A stretch of 64,000 bases of DNA from an uncultured Gemmataceae bacterium (GCA_963750165.1 CAVVPN010000011.1:160001-224000), one strand, 5' to 3'; counted from the stretch's first letter, positions 33,281 to 45,625 are shown. Translations and numbers: made by a program. The notes: generated by a model not told the origin, from the letters alone.

Positions 33281-34450
33281 ATGGCCTTGCGCCGTCTCCA
33301 CGCGCTCGCATTCGCGCTCGTCGCCGTCATCGCTTCGACCGGCGCTTACGTACGGACCCCCAATTTCCTGGTGGACGCCCCGACACCGGAGATCGCTCAG
33401 AAGGTCGGGCAGCTCGCCGAGCAGTACCGCCGCGAAAAGGCCCTCTTGTGGCTCGGCCAAGAGATGCCGACATGGGCGCGGCCGTGCCCGTTGAAGGTAA
33501 CAGTCTGCCCAGAGGGGCCGAGCGGAGCGACATCGTTCATGTTCGGGCCGGGCGGCGTCACCAGCCAGCAGATGGAAATCAAGGGGCCGCTGGAACGGCT
33601 GCTGAACAGCGTGTTGCCGCACGAGATCACGCACACGGTGTTCGCGTACTACTTCCGCCGGCCGGTGCCGCGCTGGGCCGACGAGGGCGGCTCGGTGCTA
33701 TCCGAGGACGACCTGGAGCGCGACCGTCACGACAAACTGGTGCGGAGTATCCTGAACCACCGCGGCCAGTTCCCGCTGCGGACGCTGTTCAGCATCGAGA
33801 AGTACCCGAACGACCACGAGCGCGTGATGTGCCTGTACGCTCAGGGCTTTTCGGTGTCGCACTACCTGGTCCACGTCAGCGACCGCCGGACGTTCCTGGG
33901 GTTCGTGGCCATGGGCATGAACGGCGACTGGGACGGGGCGTGTCGGAAGTATTACGGCCTGCGCGGCGTGGAGGACCTGGAGGCGACGTGGCTGAAGCAC
34001 CTGCGCGACACCAAGGGCATCACGCCGACGCAGCTGGCGCAGATGAAGGCGAACGGCCAGACGCCCGGCACGCTGACCGCGAGCAACGGTCAGGTGGCGG
34101 CGATGCCGGCGACGGTCACGCGGCTGACGGCGCCGCCGGCGCAACCGCTGGCGCCGGTGCCGGTCATCCGCGCCCAGGCGCCGGAGGATGGCCAGCCGGT
34201 GCAGAAGTTCGGCGACCCGCGGCCGGGCCAGCAGCCGTACTTCATGCCGCCGAACCCGCCGTCGTTGCCGGCGCCGTCGCTGAGCCCGGCGCCGAGCACC
34301 TGGCAGGCGGGACAGGCGCAGCCGTATGTGCCGGTGCCGGTGCGGCTCGAGGCGCCGCGCTACGACCAGGGGATGCCGCAGTTCGTGCCGCAGGGCGGCA
34401 ATGGCGTCGCGCCGCAGGCGCCGGTGTCGCCGGTGGGCTTCCCGCAGTGA
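33281..34450 (+). CDS. Secreted zincin-like (HExxH) protein with Pro-rich C-terminus
   Basis: GGAGG RBS, signal peptide, LPHEITH, PRWADEG (peptidase MA-like). Confidence 0.8.
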   Translation: MALRRLHALAFALVAVIASTGAYVRTPNFLVDAPTPEIAQKVGQLAEQYRREKALLWLGQEMPTWARPCPLKVTVCPEGPSGATSFMFGPGGVTSQQMEIKGPLERLLNSVLPHEITHTVFAYYFRRPVPRWADEGGSVLSEDDLERDRHDKLVRSILNHRGQFPLRTLFSIEKYPNDHERVMCLYAQGFSVSHYLVHVSDRRTFLGFVAMGMNGDWDGACRKYYGLRGVEDLEATWLKHLRDTKGITPTQLAQMKANGQTPGTLTASNGQVAAMPATVTRLTAPPAQPLAPVPVIRAQAPEDGQPVQKFGDPRPGQQPYFMPPNPPSLPAPSLSPAPSTWQAGQAQPYVPVPVRLEAPRYDQGMPQFVPQGGNGVAPQAPVSPVGFPQ

Positions 34451-34727
34451 AGGCGGGCGGGGAATGAAGTTCGGCGACCCGCGGCCGGGCCAGCAGCCGT
34501 ACTTCATGCCGCCGAACCCGCCGTCGTTGCCGGCGCCGTCGCTGAGCCCGGCGCCGAGCACCTGGCAGGCGGGACAGGCGCAGCCGTATGTGCCGGTGCC
34601 GGTGCGGCTCGAGGCGCCGCGCTACGACCAGGGGATGCCGCAGTTCGTGCCGCAGGGCGGCAATGGCGTCGCGCCGCAGGCGCCGGTGTCGCCGGTGGGC
34701 TTCCCGCAGTGAAGGCGGGCGGGGAAT
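34204..34727. repeat. 262-bp tandem duplication (34204-34465 / 34466-34727)
   Basis: The sequence from GAAGTTCGGCGACCCG to GGCGGGGAAT is repeated head-to-tail and appears identical. Confidence 0.92.
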
Positions 34728-35076
34728 GCGGGCGCACCCAGGAGTAACATGGCCACATGGCCACACGGTGCGCCTCCCACTCAGGGCGGGTTACCTGTGC
34801 CCTTGAAAGAAGAGCCAAGCCAACGGGATATGTCCCGATTGAAAAAGACGGTGCGTAATCCGGGCTAAGAGTTGCCAACCCGAACCAGTCGGCCGTGCCC
34901 TCCCCCGAACTCCGGCAACGTCTGCTGGAACATTTCAGCCCAGGAGTCTGCGATCTCGGAAATCCGCCGTCCACAGACGCGGGTGAATCCGATTGACACT
35001 TCATCGTGCCCACCCGGCGCCGCACTCCCTAGAATGAGACCAGTGGATCGCCATCACCCTTCGGAGGACCGCCGTC

Positions 35077-36134
35077 ATGGGCGTCGCACTTTCCTCGCTG
35101 ATCGCCTCGGGCACCAAGCTCTGGCTCGACTCCATCGACCCCGAGTTGGTCAAGCGCAACCGGCTCCTCGGCGCCACCGGCGCCACCTCCAACCCGATCA
35201 TCGTCGGCGACCTCATCAAGACTGGTCGCTTCGACAAGGATCTCATCGACCTCATCAACAAGGGCCAGAGCGATCACGACATCGCCTGGAGCCTGACCGA
35301 CCACCTCGTCAAGCAGGCGCAGGAGGTGTTCCTGTCCGTCTGGAAGGACACGCACGGCGACGACGGCTACGTCAGCTTCGAGCTGGACCCGCTGCTGGAA
35401 GACCCAGGCAACGGCCTGTCCGACGAGGAGAAGGCCAAGCGCTACATCGCCCTGGGCAAGCAGTGGAGCGCCGGCCACCTGAACCGCATGATTAAAATCC
35501 CGGCGACGGCCGCCGGTCTGCTGGCCATCGAGGATTTGTGCGCCGCGGGCGTCACGCTCAACGTGACGCTGACCTTCACGCCGCGGCAGTACACCGCCGC
35601 TCGCGACGCCATGTGGCGCGGCGCCCAGCGCCGCACGGACCGGTCGCAGTTCAAGTCGGTCTACAGCATCTTCGTCAGCCGCGTCGATGTCTACACCGAG
35701 CATCATTTGCCGCAGCTGTCGCCGCGGCGCAGGGCCAGGTCGGCATCGTCAACGCCAAGCGCATCTGGCAGATGAACCAGCGCTTCTGGGCCGACAAGCA
35801 TCTGCCGATCAAACAGGAAATCATCTTCGCCAGCACGGGCGTCAAGAAGAAGGACGACCCGCCGTGGAAGTACGTCGAGGCGTTCGCCGGCAGCGACATC
35901 GAGACCAATCCGCCGCTGACCAACGACGAGGTCGATGCGAGCGGCCGCACCATCACCAGCCACATCAACGAACTGCCGCCCGCGGACGTGCTCGCCGAGA
36001 TCGAGCACGCTGTTGATATGAAGCACCTTGAAGACACGCTCATGAGCGAGGGCATCAAGAAGTTCGCGGACCCGCAGAAGGCGCTGCTGAAGTTGATCGC
36101 GGAACAGCGGCAGAAATTGACGAAGGGGAAGTGA
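35077..36134 (+). CDS. tal: Transaldolase family protein (frameshift at ~35725)
   Basis: [39 protein letters not shown]; continues in ORF 35538..36134 ([18 protein letters not shown]). Confidence 0.88.
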
Positions 36135-36225
36135 TCCACAGATGACGCAGCTGGCACAGATGGAAAACAGAATGACCCATTCAATCGTCTTTTTCTTATC
36201 TGTGCCAGCTGTGTCATCTGTGGAT
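36134..36225. repeat. Inverted repeat with (CACAGAT)-type periodic arms
   Basis: ATCCACAGATGACGCAGCTGGCACAGAT ... ATCTGTGCCAGCTGTGTCATCTGTGGAT. Confidence 0.8.
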
Positions 36226-36254
36226 GAATCAACCCAACACGGGAGGTTCCTGTC

Positions 36255-37025
36255 ATGCGGCAGTTCACTCTCTCCGGCGGCCTGATCGCGGCCCTGCTCC
36301 TCGGCGCCTCAGCGGCCCGCGGCCAGGCGGTCGATCTGCCCCGCGACCCGAAAGCGGTAGTCATCACGCTGGACCACCAGGGCGGCGGCATGAAGCGCGC
36401 CGACCCCGAGCCGGTCCTGGCCATCCACGCCGACGGCAGCGTGGTCGTCGGCAACCCCTTCGCCATCGGCAAGCGCGTCGAGGCGAAAATCCCCGTCGCG
36501 GAAGTGCAGGCGCTGCTGCGCTACATCGTGCAGGAGCAGCACTTCTTCGACTTCGACGAGGCCAAGGCGAAGGCGGCCATCGCGGACGAGGTGAAGAAGA
36601 AGGGCATGGGCATCGGCGTCGGCGGCGCCAGCACGACCGTCATCCGCGTCAAGACCGCCGCGAAGGAGCACGAGGCGAAGTACTACGGCCTGGCCGCCTT
36701 CGCGCAGCATTACAAGGACATCAAGGCGCTGACTCAGCTGGCGGCGGTGGAGCGGCGGCTGCAGCGCGTGATGTACGAGTCGCTGGCCGGCGGCCCAAAC
36801 ACCATCGCCAAACTGCTGGCGGTGGCGAACGAGCGCCTGAAGAAGGACTACCCGGACGCGCGGCCGCTGACCACGGCGGACCTGGAGTTCGCCCGCTGGC
36901 ACGCGGGTGACTTGACCGTCCGCTTTTTCCGACGCGGCGAGCGGCCGGACCTGTTCGTCGCCGCCACCGTGATGCAGCCGGACCCGGGCGCGGCCAAGGC
37001 GACCGTCAAGGCCAAGCTCAAGTGA
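36255..37025 (+). CDS. Secreted hypothetical protein, paralog A
   Basis: GGAGG RBS, signal peptide; shares [22 protein letters not shown] and GERPDL with the next gene. Confidence 0.8.
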   Translation: MRQFTLSGGLIAALLLGASAARGQAVDLPRDPKAVVITLDHQGGGMKRADPEPVLAIHADGSVVVGNPFAIGKRVEAKIPVAEVQALLRYIVQEQHFFDFDEAKAKAAIADEVKKKGMGIGVGGASTTVIRVKTAAKEHEAKYYGLAAFAQHYKDIKALTQLAAVERRLQRVMYESLAGGPNTIAKLLAVANERLKKDYPDARPLTTADLEFARWHAGDLTVRFFRRGERPDLFVAATVMQPDPGAAKATVKAKLK

Positions 37026-37050
37026 CCGCGTCCCAAACACGGAGGTGATC

Positions 37051-37812
37051 ATGAGGCGCCGGACTCTTCTTGCCGTTGGATTGATCGCCGGGTGGTTTCT
37101 CAGCGCTGCCGTGGTGCGCGGCCAGGCGGTCCAGCTACCCCGCGATCCGAAAACGCCCATCATCATCCTGGACTTCCAGAGCGGCCCCAAGCGCGACGAC
37201 CCGGAGCCGGTGCTGGTCATTCACGCCGACGGTCGCGTGGTCGTCAGCACCGCCTACGGCAGAAGCAAGCGCGTCGAGACGACAATCCCCGTCGCGGAGG
37301 TCCAGGCGCTGCTGCGCTACATCGTCCAGGAACAAGCGTTCTTCGATTTTGACGAGGCGACGACGGCGGCCGTGAAGGAGGCGATGAGGGCGAAAGCCCT
37401 CGGTATCGTCCACAGTGCCACGACGGTCCTCCGCGTTAAAACCGCAACTCGGGAACACGCGGTCAGCTTCTACGCCCTGGCGGCCTCCGCCAAAAAGTAC
37501 CCGGACATTAAATCGCTGTCCCGGCTGGCCGCCGTAGTTCGGCGGCTGTCGCGGGTGAGGTGCGAGTCGCTCGCCGGTGGGTCGGACGCCGTCGCCAAAA
37601 TGCTCGCGCTGGTGAACGAGCATTTGAAACAGCAGTACCCGGATGCCCGTCCCTTGACGCCGGCGGACTTGCACTCCACCCACTGGATGGGGGAGACGAT
37701 GATCGTCCAGTTTCACCGAAACGGCGAGCGGCCCGACCTGTACGTCGCCGGCTCCGTGAAGCAGCGGCCCCAGGGCGAAGCTGAGGTAACCGTCGGCGCC
37801 CAACTCAAGTAA
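37051..37812 (+). CDS. Secreted hypothetical protein, paralog B
   Basis: GGAGG RBS; colinear with paralog A. Confidence 0.8.
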   Translation: MRRRTLLAVGLIAGWFLSAAVVRGQAVQLPRDPKTPIIILDFQSGPKRDDPEPVLVIHADGRVVVSTAYGRSKRVETTIPVAEVQALLRYIVQEQAFFDFDEATTAAVKEAMRAKALGIVHSATTVLRVKTATREHAVSFYALAASAKKYPDIKSLSRLAAVVRRLSRVRCESLAGGSDAVAKMLALVNEHLKQQYPDARPLTPADLHSTHWMGETMIVQFHRNGERPDLYVAGSVKQRPQGEAEVTVGAQLK

Positions 37813-39378
37813 CCCGCGGCCCGGCCGCGCGGACCTCCGGCGCCGCGCGGCCGGTGTACTTCTGAAAATTCCTGACGAACAGCGCCGCCAGCTGCCGCGC
37901 CCGCTTGTCGTAGTCCCCCCCGCTCGCCCACGCCAGCCGCGGTTGCAGCACCTCGTCCGGCACTCCCGGGCAGTGCCGCGGCACCAGCACGCCGAACACC
38001 GGGTCCGGCGCGAACGCCACGTCCCGCAGCGCCCCGCCCAGCACCGCCCGCAGCAGCGCTCGCGTGTGTGCCAGCTTGATCCGGCTGCCCTGGCCGTAGA
38101 CGCCGCCCGTCCAGCCCGTGTTCACCAGCCACACCTGCGCGCCGTACTTCAGCAGCTTTGCCCGCAGCAACTCCGCGTAGCGGGTCGGCTCCAGCGGCAG
38201 GAACGGCGCCGCGAAACAGGTGCTGAACGTCGCCTCCGGTTCCGTGACGCCCTTCTCGGTGCCGGCGATCTTCGCGGTGTAACCGAGCAGGAAATGGTAC
38301 AGCGCCTGCTCCGGCGTCAGCCGGCTGAGCGGCGGCAGCACGCCGAAACTGTCGCACGTCAGGAACAGCACGTTGGCCGGGTGACCGCCGCGGCCGGACT
38401 GCTCGGCGTTGTCGATGAAGTCCACCGGATAGGCGGCGCGCGTGTTCTCGGTGTAGTGCTCGCTGTCGTAGTCGGGGCGGCGCGTGTCGGGGTTGAGCGG
38501 CACGTTCTCCAGCACACAGCCGAAGCGGATCGCGTTCCAGATTTGCGGCTCGCCGCTGCGCGACAGGCGAATGGTCTTGGCGTAACAGCCGCCCTCGAAG
38601 TTGAAGACGCCCGCGTCGGACCAGCCGTGCTCGTCGTCGCCAATCAGTCGCCGCTCCGGGTCCGCCGACAGGGTGGTTTTGCCGGTGCCGGACAGGCCGA
38701 AGAACAGCGCCGTGTCGCCGGCGGCGCCGAGGTTGGCGGCACAGTGCATCGGCAGCACGCCGCGCTGCGGCAGCAGGTAATTCAGCAGCGAAAACACCGA
38801 CTTCTTGATTTCGCCAGCGTAGTGCGTGCCGCCGATCAGCACCATCGGCTGCTCCAGTTCCAGCACGATGAACACGTCACTGTGGGTGCCGTCCTCGGAC
38901 GGCGCGGCGTGCAGGTTGGGGCGCACAGGATCGTGCATTGCGGCGTGAAGGAAGCCAGTTCGGCGGCGCTGGGCCGCAGCAGCAGGCAGCGCGCGAACAG
39001 CGCGTGCCAGGCCAGCTCGGCGACGACGCGCACCGATAAGCGGTAGTCGGGGTCGGCGCCGGCGAAGCCGTCGAAGACGAACAGTTCGCGGTTCTGCAAG
39101 TAGGCGCGCATCAGGTGCGACAGGCGGCCGAACGCGGCCGGCTCTAGGGGGTGGTTGACGTTGCCCCAGTCGATCTGCTCCTGACTCGGCGGCTGCGCGA
39201 CGATGTAGCGGTCGCGCGGCGAACGGCCGGTGATGGCGCCGGTGTTGACGACAAGGGCGCCGTTGTCCGCCAGTTCGCCCTCGCTGCGGCGCAGCGCGTG
39301 CTCCACCAGCGCCGCCGGGGCGAGGTTGCGGTAAATCGTGCCCATGTAACGCAGGCCGTGCGCGCCGAGGTCGAACAT
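37805..39378 (-). CDS. pckA: Phosphoenolpyruvate carboxykinase (ATP) (frameshift at ~38920)
   Basis: [54 protein letters not shown]. Confidence 0.94.
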
Positions 39379-39443
39379 GCGAGTCGTCCTTGCTGCGAAT
39401 GATGTGCCCACTTCCCGTCCAGTCCGGCGCTCCGTCCCGGATG

Positions 39444-39523
39444 GTCTGCCGCTTGCAGCTTAGCGCGCTGCATCCCTTCTGATGTCAGATGGGTTGCAGC
39501 GCGCTAAGCCGCAAGCGGCAGAC
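39444..39523. repeat. REP-like inverted repeat
   Basis: GTCTGCCGCTTGCAGCTTAGCGCGCTGCA ... TGCAGCGCGCTAAGCCGCAAGCGGCAGAC, followed by TATAAT at 39530. Confidence 0.8.
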
Positions 39524-39619
39524 AACCTGTATAATGCCACCACGAGCCCGGTCATGCAACATCCGTGGCCGGGCGGTCCCGAACCAACCCCGATGAAGTC
39601 CCCTCGACCGGGTGACCGC

Positions 39620-42205
39620 ATGCGCTGGCAATCGACCGAGTTCATCTTGAAGGGCATTTACCTGGGCCTGCTGGTCTTCGTCGGCCTGCAGTTGCAGGCG
39701 ACCGGCTGGTGGCAGGACATTGGCCGCGTGGCGGCGTGTACGTTCGGCGGTTTGGCCCTGTTCCTCAGCGGCGCGGCGGTGCACAAGCTGATCGACGGCT
39801 ACCGCATCCGCGGCCGGCTGGTGCCGTTCCTGCTGTTCCTGGTGCTGGAAAACCCCGCCCTGGTCTACGCCGGCGTGCTGCTCGGCATGGCCGGCGGCGC
39901 TTACTGGATCTGGAACGAGCACCCCACCGAGGACGCGCAGCAACAACTCTTCTGGGCGCTCGCCGGCGGCGCGGTGCTGGGCTACGGCTTCAACTCGCTG
40001 CGGCAGACGCAGACGAAGTTCCGCGTCTGGATGGGCCTGATCATGGCGGTCTGCCTGGTGGTGGCGGCCACCGCGGCGCTGAAAGAAGATCCCACGCTGG
40101 TACCGCCCGAGCACCGCCTGATGGCCGGCACCCTGTTGTTGCTCGGCTTGCCTTTGTTTTACCTGCTGACGCTGTGTGGCTACGCGGAGGAATCCGAGAT
40201 CGAGTTCGCGGCGCTCTGTACCGGCCTGTGCCTGGGCCTGGGACTGATCGCCGACCGGCTGTCGGCGATGGCGGCCGGCAGCCCGACCGCCGGCAGTTCG
40301 CAGAGCATCGCGTTGGGGGCGCCGCTGTTGCTGTACTTCGTCTACACCTGGCGGATCATGCCGGGGCTGCGCGTCTTCAAGTACGTGCTGCGCGGCGTCG
40401 GCTACGCCAACGCGGGCTACTGGCGGCAGGCGCTGGCGGCGCTGAACCGGGCGCTGCAGCTCGACCCACGTAACCAGATGGCTCGCGAGCAGATGTTTAG
40501 CATCCACCGCAACATGGACCTCAACCAGGTGGCCAACGATCCCGAGACATTGGCTCAGGTGAATTTCGAGTTTTGCATCGAGCGCGTCGGCTGGCTGCTG
40601 CTGCACTCGCCGCCGAGCGCCGAGCAGCTGGGCGAGGCGCAGCGGTTGCTCGACCTGGTGTCGAGTCAGCGGCCGGCGCTGCAACCGCGCTGCGACTACT
40701 GGCGAGCGGTGGCGTACCTGCACGAGCGGCGCTACGACGAGGCCGCAGCAAGCCTGGAAGCGGTGTTGACGGCGTCGGGTGGCCCCGCGGAGAACCCGCA
40801 GCGCTGGGTGGTGCTGATGCAGGCGTGGCAGCTGGCGATGCTGCTGCATCCGCGCATGGTCGAGCGCGTCGGCCTGACGATCATCGGCCAACCGGGGCGG
40901 CGCATGGAGGCGATTGCCGCGGTGGAGCGCTACCTGACGCAGACGGGAGCGAAGGCGCAGGCCGACCCGGCGGCGCCAAAGCCGCAGCCGCGGACGCTGC
41001 TACAGAAGCTCACGCAGAAGGTGCAGGAGCAGATCCCGCAGGCGCCCGTGGACGCCGGGGCCTGGAACCTGAAGCGGCTGCTGTACAACGACCTGCAAGG
41101 GGCGGATTACCGCACCGCCTGCGTGGACGGCAAGCCGCCGGAGTTCTTCGATCACGCCTACGCCCGGGAGCTGGGATTGGCCCATCTGCAACAGGACGAC
41201 ACCTGGAAACGCGGCGAGGAGTATCTGCGCATGGCGGCCCACGGTTTGCCGGCGGAGGGGGTGCGCTTGTTCGTGCAGCTGGCCCAGGCGTACGAGAAGG
41301 CGGGCAACATCGACGCGCTGTACGAGAATTACGAGCTGGCCAAGGCGGCGGGCCGGGCCGCGGGGCCGAAGACGCTCAAGACCGAGGACCGCCAGACGTA
41401 TTACGCGGTGGTCAAGGCGCTGGCGGAGGACGCCATCAACCGCGGCGACCTGGACGCGGCCCTGGAGAACTATCACCTCTACACCGAGTACGAGCGCGCC
41501 GGCGTGGAGACGTACCGCAGCCTGGCGAGGTTGTACGAGCAGAAGAAGGACGTCTGGGCCGCCCTGCGCTGCTGCGAGCAGGGCCTGCAGTACGACAAGA
41601 CCGACAAGGACCTGCTGGCGCGCAAGGATAGCTATTACTACTCGGTGACGGTCGAGCAGATGAAGGAGCGCTGGGAGAGCGTCAAGAACTGGTTCGACAT
41701 CCCGTACTGCATTCAGAAGGCGCGGTGGCTGCTGGACCGGCAGGGCGACCTGGACCTGCTGGACTGGGCGAGTCATTTGCTGGACCTGGCGCAGGCGGTG
41801 CAGCCGGAGAGCCTGGCGGTGAAGGTGCTGCGGGCGCGACTGCTGCGGCGGCGCGGTGAGGTCGAGAAGGCGGTGGCGCTGCTGGAAGAGGTGCGCACGG
41901 GCAAGCCGGAAAAGTTCCCGAGCACCGAGGAGGCGGAGGCGTGGTACGGCTGCTGCCGGCAGCTGGGCGAGCTGTATCTGAACGACAATCCGCAGCGGGC
42001 GATTGAGTGTCTGATGGACTTTTTGAAGAGCACGAAGAGCGGGGCGGACACGTACTACAAGCTGGGCGTGGCTCATGAGAACCTGGGCGATCACGTCAAG
42101 GCGGCGAAGTGGTACGAGCAGGTCACGGCTTACGAGAGCCACCCGCTGGCGCCGGATGCGCACGACCGGCTGTACCGCTTGCGGCAGGGGGCGCAACAGA
42201 CATAA
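39620..42205 (+). CDS. Membrane protein with C-terminal TPR repeats
   Basis: About 9 N-terminal TM segments, then TPR-like helices ([23 protein letters not shown]). Confidence 0.85.
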   Translation: MRWQSTEFILKGIYLGLLVFVGLQLQATGWWQDIGRVAACTFGGLALFLSGAAVHKLIDGYRIRGRLVPFLLFLVLENPALVYAGVLLGMAGGAYWIWNEHPTEDAQQQLFWALAGGAVLGYGFNSLRQTQTKFRVWMGLIMAVCLVVAATAALKEDPTLVPPEHRLMAGTLLLLGLPLFYLLTLCGYAEESEIEFAALCTGLCLGLGLIADRLSAMAAGSPTAGSSQSIALGAPLLLYFVYTWRIMPGLRVFKYVLRGVGYANAGYWRQALAALNRALQLDPRNQMAREQMFSIHRNMDLNQVANDPETLAQVNFEFCIERVGWLLLHSPPSAEQLGEAQRLLDLVSSQRPALQPRCDYWRAVAYLHERRYDEAAASLEAVLTASGGPAENPQRWVVLMQAWQLAMLLHPRMVERVGLTIIGQPGRRMEAIAAVERYLTQTGAKAQADPAAPKPQPRTLLQKLTQKVQEQIPQAPVDAGAWNLKRLLYNDLQGADYRTACVDGKPPEFFDHAYARELGLAHLQQDDTWKRGEEYLRMAAHGLPAEGVRLFVQLAQAYEKAGNIDALYENYELAKAAGRAAGPKTLKTEDRQTYYAVVKALAEDAINRGDLDAALENYHLYTEYERAGVETYRSLARLYEQKKDVWAALRCCEQGLQYDKTDKDLLARKDSYYYSVTVEQMKERWESVKNWFDIPYCIQKARWLLDRQGDLDLLDWASHLLDLAQAVQPESLAVKVLRARLLRRRGEVEKAVALLEEVRTGKPEKFPSTEEAEAWYGCCRQLGELYLNDNPQRAIECLMDFLKSTKSGADTYYKLGVAHENLGDHVKAAKWYEQVTAYESHPLAPDAHDRLYRLRQGAQQT

Positions 42206-42319
42206 AAGGATTCACCACAAAGACACAAAGAACACAAAGAAGACCTTTTGGAATTGGAAAACCGATTTTCCCTGTTGTCTTTCCTTTGTGTTCTTTGTGT
42301 CTTTGTGGTGAATCCTTTT
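42204..42319. repeat. Inverted repeat with (CACAAAG) periodic arms
   Basis: AAAAGGATTCACCACAAAGACACAAAGAACACAAAG ... CTTTGTGTTCTTTGTGTCTTTGTGGTGAATCCTTTT. Confidence 0.85.
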
Positions 42320-42333
42320 CGATGGAGAATCTC

Positions 42334-43101
42334 ATGCACATTGCGGGCAGCACGATCCTGGTCAGCGGCGGTGGCTCCGGCCTGGGCGCGGCGTGCGTGC
42401 GGCTGCTGGCCGGTGCCGGCGCCAACGTCGCCATCGCGGACCTGAACGCCGACGCCAGCCAGCGCGTGGCCGCCGAACTGGGCGAGCGCGTGCGCTGCTT
42501 CCGTACCGACGTGACCGACGAGGCCGCCGTGCGCGCCGCGGTGCAGGGCACGCTGCAAGCGTTCGGAGCGCTGCACGGCTCGATCCAGTGCGCCGGCATC
42601 GGCCTGGCGGAACGGCTGCTCGGCAAGGACGGGCCGCATTCCGTGGCGTCGTTCGAGAAGGTCATCCGCGTCAACCTGGTCGGCACGTTCCAGGTGGTGC
42701 GCCTGGTCGCCGAGGCGTGCAGCCGCAATCCGCCGAACGCCGCCGGCGAACGCGGCGTGCTCATTAACACCGCATCGGTCGCCGCGTTCGAGGGCCAGAT
42801 CGGCCAGGTCGCGTACTCCGCATCGAAGGGGGCCATCGTGGCGATGACGCTGCCGCTGGCCCGCGAACTGGCGCGGCACGGCGTGCGTGTCGTGACCATC
42901 GCGCCGGGCATCTTCGACACGCCGCTGCTGGCGGGGCTGCGGGAGGCGGCGCGGGCGTCGTTGGGGCAGCAGGTGCCGTTCCCGTCGCGGCTCGGCCGGC
43001 CCGAGGAGTTCGCGGCATTGGCGAAACATATCATCGAGAATGAAATGCTCAACGGTGAGGTGATCCGCCTCGACGGGGCGCTGCGCATGGCACCGAAGTG
43101 A
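42334..43101 (+). CDS. SDR oxidoreductase, 3-hydroxyacyl-CoA dehydrogenase type II-like
   Basis: [43 protein letters not shown]. Confidence 0.92.
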   Translation: MHIAGSTILVSGGGSGLGAACVRLLAGAGANVAIADLNADASQRVAAELGERVRCFRTDVTDEAAVRAAVQGTLQAFGALHGSIQCAGIGLAERLLGKDGPHSVASFEKVIRVNLVGTFQVVRLVAEACSRNPPNAAGERGVLINTASVAAFEGQIGQVAYSASKGAIVAMTLPLARELARHGVRVVTIAPGIFDTPLLAGLREAARASLGQQVPFPSRLGRPEEFAALAKHIIENEMLNGEVIRLDGALRMAPK

Positions 43102-43133
43102 TTGCTTTCTGCCGCTCGCCGCTTAACCCGGAG

Positions 43134-43282
43134 GATTCACCACAGAGCACGCAGAGCGCGCGGAGAGAAGACCGAGGAATCGATCCACAGATGGTCACAG
43201 ATAAAAACATTTGAATTGGTCTTTATCTGAGTTCATCTGTGGATCCTCTTTGGTCTTTTCTCCGCGTGCTCCGCGGTGAATC
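43134..43282. repeat. Nested inverted repeats between convergent genes
   Basis: Outer GATTCACCACAGAGCACGC.../...GCGTGCTCCGCGGTGAATC; inner GATCCACAGATG...CAGATAAA / TTTATCTG...CATCTGTGGATC. Confidence 0.8.
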
Positions 43283-43289
43283 ATCCGCG

Positions 43290-44651
43290 TTACCGGACCT
43301 TTTTCACGACCGCGTGGACCTTCTTGACCAGCACCTCTTCCACGTCGTTGCTGAAGCGCCCCGGCAGGCCGTAGTAAATCAGGTTGAAGTCGGCCTCGTA
43401 GCCGCCCTCGAACAGGATGCGCGCCGACGGCACGTAAGCGAACACATCGTTGGCGTAGGCCGCCACCCACAGGTTGCCGTCACGCAGCTCGCGCTTGAGC
43501 CGCAGGGCGTAATCCACCACGACCTCGCCGCCCAGCGCCACCAGCGTCAGATCCTTGCCCAGCTGCCACGCCTGCACCGGACACGGATAGCTCGTCGGCA
43601 GCGGTTCGCCGCGGTCCATCATGTCCAGGAACCGCCGGGCGTGGCGTTGAATGAACACATTTTTATCCTTGAGCCGCTTCTCGTACTCCGCGCGTGTGGG
43701 CGCCTTCGCCAGCGGCAAATCCACGCGTTCCAGTGCCGCCTTGAGCTTGCCCTGCACGGCGGTGCGCCGCCCGGTCAGCACGCGGCTGACGGCGCCGGCG
43801 ATCTCCAGACCGTGCTGCCGGGCGAAGTCGAGTTTGCCGCGCGGCTCCGGGTTGGCGTCGCCGCCACAGCCGGTGATGAACAACGCCGTCGCCCCCGGAT
43901 GGGCACGCTCCAGGTAGTCCTGCGCGTAGCCTGCCCAGTCGCCGCCAATGCGGTAGTGATCGCCGCCCAGCGTCGTGCAGTGGCAGGCGTAGCCGAAGAC
44001 AATCGCCTTGACCTTGCCCTGGGCGTCATCGATGCGCAGCACCGGCACCTCATGGTCCACGGGGCCGTCCGGGTTGACGCCGAAGTTGACGCCGCCGGGC
44101 CGGAACACGCGGCGGTTCATGGCGAACGTCGCCTTGCCGCGGCCGAACGACAGCCGCACCGGCTCCGTCTTCGCCAGCGCCGCGGTCGCTGCCTCCAGCG
44201 TGCGCTCCACCAGTTTTATCGCGTACTGCTTGACCGCTGCCGCGTCCTTCTCCTTCAATTCAAACATGCCCTTGAGGTTGTAGCCGATCACCGGCCCCGT
44301 GTGCGTGTGGCTGGCCGCCAGCAAAATGTTCTCGCGCGGCAGCTTGTATCGCTTGTGCAGCTGGCCCGCGATCTCCTCGGCCAACTCGCGGTTGAAGCCG
44401 ATGATATCGGCGGTGATGAGCAACAGCGGCGGCTCCCTGTCGTATTGCAGGGCCAGCGCCTTGACGGACAGCGGGTGATCGACGCCCTCGGACGGCTTGT
44501 TGCGATTGCCGTAACCGGCCATCCAGATGGGGGCGTCCGGCGTGATGTCCGCCCGTCCGACGCCGGCGCGGTAGCCGTCCTGGGCGCGGGCGGGCGCCGC
44601 GACGCAGCAGACGGCGAGGGTGAGCAGGACAAGGCGGTGCAAGCTCGGCAT
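43290..44651 (-). CDS. Neutral/alkaline ceramidase N-terminal domain protein
   Basis: Signal peptide, DITP, MAGYG, ASHTHTGP, YACHCT, GCGGDANP, AYAND...Y.P. Confidence 0.85.
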   Translation of the reverse strand: MPSLHRLVLLTLAVCCVAAPARAQDGYRAGVGRADITPDAPIWMAGYGNRNKPSEGVDHPLSVKALALQYDREPPLLLITADIIGFNRELAEEIAGQLHKRYKLPRENILLAASHTHTGPVIGYNLKGMFELKEKDAAAVKQYAIKLVERTLEAATAALAKTEPVRLSFGRGKATFAMNRRVFRPGGVNFGVNPDGPVDHEVPVLRIDDAQGKVKAIVFGYACHCTTLGGDHYRIGGDWAGYAQDYLERAHPGATALFITGCGGDANPEPRGKLDFARQHGLEIAGAVSRVLTGRRTAVQGKLKAALERVDLPLAKAPTRAEYEKRLKDKNVFIQRHARRFLDMMDRGEPLPTSYPCPVQAWQLGKDLTLVALGGEVVVDYALRLKRELRDGNLWVAAYANDVFAYVPSARILFEGGYEADFNLIYYGLPGRFSNDVEEVLVKKVHAVVKKVR

Positions 44652-44756
44652 GGTCGTGGCTCCAACCGGGGTCAGATGTTGTTGAGTCCCCTTGCGGCTA
44701 CTGCATCCGACTTTCCTAAAGACACTATAGTCGATGCGCGTGCTTAGAATAGCGGT

Positions 44757-45402
44757 ATGAGATCCAAAGGTACGGCAGCCGAGTTGGCACGGCGGCGACG
44801 CCGTGCAGTTGCCTTGGTCGAGCAGGGGGAAGCCCCGGCTGTGGTCGCCCGCATCTTGGGCGTGACGCGCTCCTCCTTGTACCGCTGGTGGCGGATGGCG
44901 CGCCAGGGCCAAGCCCTGGCTGCCAAGCCGGTGCCCGGTGCCAAACGCCGTCTGTCGGACGCGCAACTGCGGGAACTGAAAGCGCTCTTCGACCAAGGGG
45001 CTCCCGCGCACGGCTTCCCAAACGAACTATGGACCTCGGCCCGGGTCGCCCAGGTGATCTGCCAGCACTTCGGCGTCACCTATCACCCCGACAACGTCCG
45101 CCGGCTGCTGGGACGCCGGTTGGGTTGGAGCAGTTACAAGCCGCAACGGCGCGACCGGGAGCGCAACGCCAAGGAGGTGGAATGCTGGCAGGCCGATGAG
45201 TTCCCTCGGATTCTGCAGGAAGCCTGGCGTCGATGAGCCCACAGCGCTTTCCTGGACGAATTGGGCTTTCTGCTGATGCCGCTGGTCCGGCGGACCTGGG
45301 CACGACGCGGCCAGCGGGTGTTCCTGCGCTGCTCGTCCAAGCACGACCGGATCTCCGCGATCAGTTGCGTCACCCTCAGCCCGCAGGCGCTGCGCGTCGG
45401 GA
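44757..45402 (+). pseudogene. IS630-family transposase remnant
   Basis: HTH and winged-helix N-terminus (LWTSARV, LGWSSYKPQRR). After an in-frame TGA at 45234-45236 comes AFLDELGFLLMPLVRRTWA (first Asp of the DDE_3 domain); truncated at about 45400. Confidence 0.85.
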
Positions 45403-45600
45403 CGAAATGGCGAGGGGTGCCCAAGATTGCGGCCAAGGGTTCCTCGGCGGAGGTTACAGTCGCGCTATGAGGAGAGGGACACGATAATTCAGTCACCGGT
45501 TCAGCCCTCGCCAGGAAGACAGGCACGCGGAAAGCGGCCCGTCCCGGAGAAGGCGCGCAGGCGGAACGGGCAGTGACCGCCGATCTTATCCGAACTTATC

Positions 45601-45625
45601 GGTGTCCAATCTGGACGGCAGTTCA
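45601..45625 (-). mobile_element. Possible IS3-family terminal inverted repeat (orphan)
   Basis: The reverse complement TGAACTGCCGTCCAGATTGGACACC resembles IS3/IS150-type ends (TGAACTGC...TTGGACA). Confidence 0.45.

Noticed and set aside
34204..34727. DGR template/variable repeat pair
   Set aside because: The copies appear identical with no adenine-specific differences, and no reverse transcriptase is in the window.
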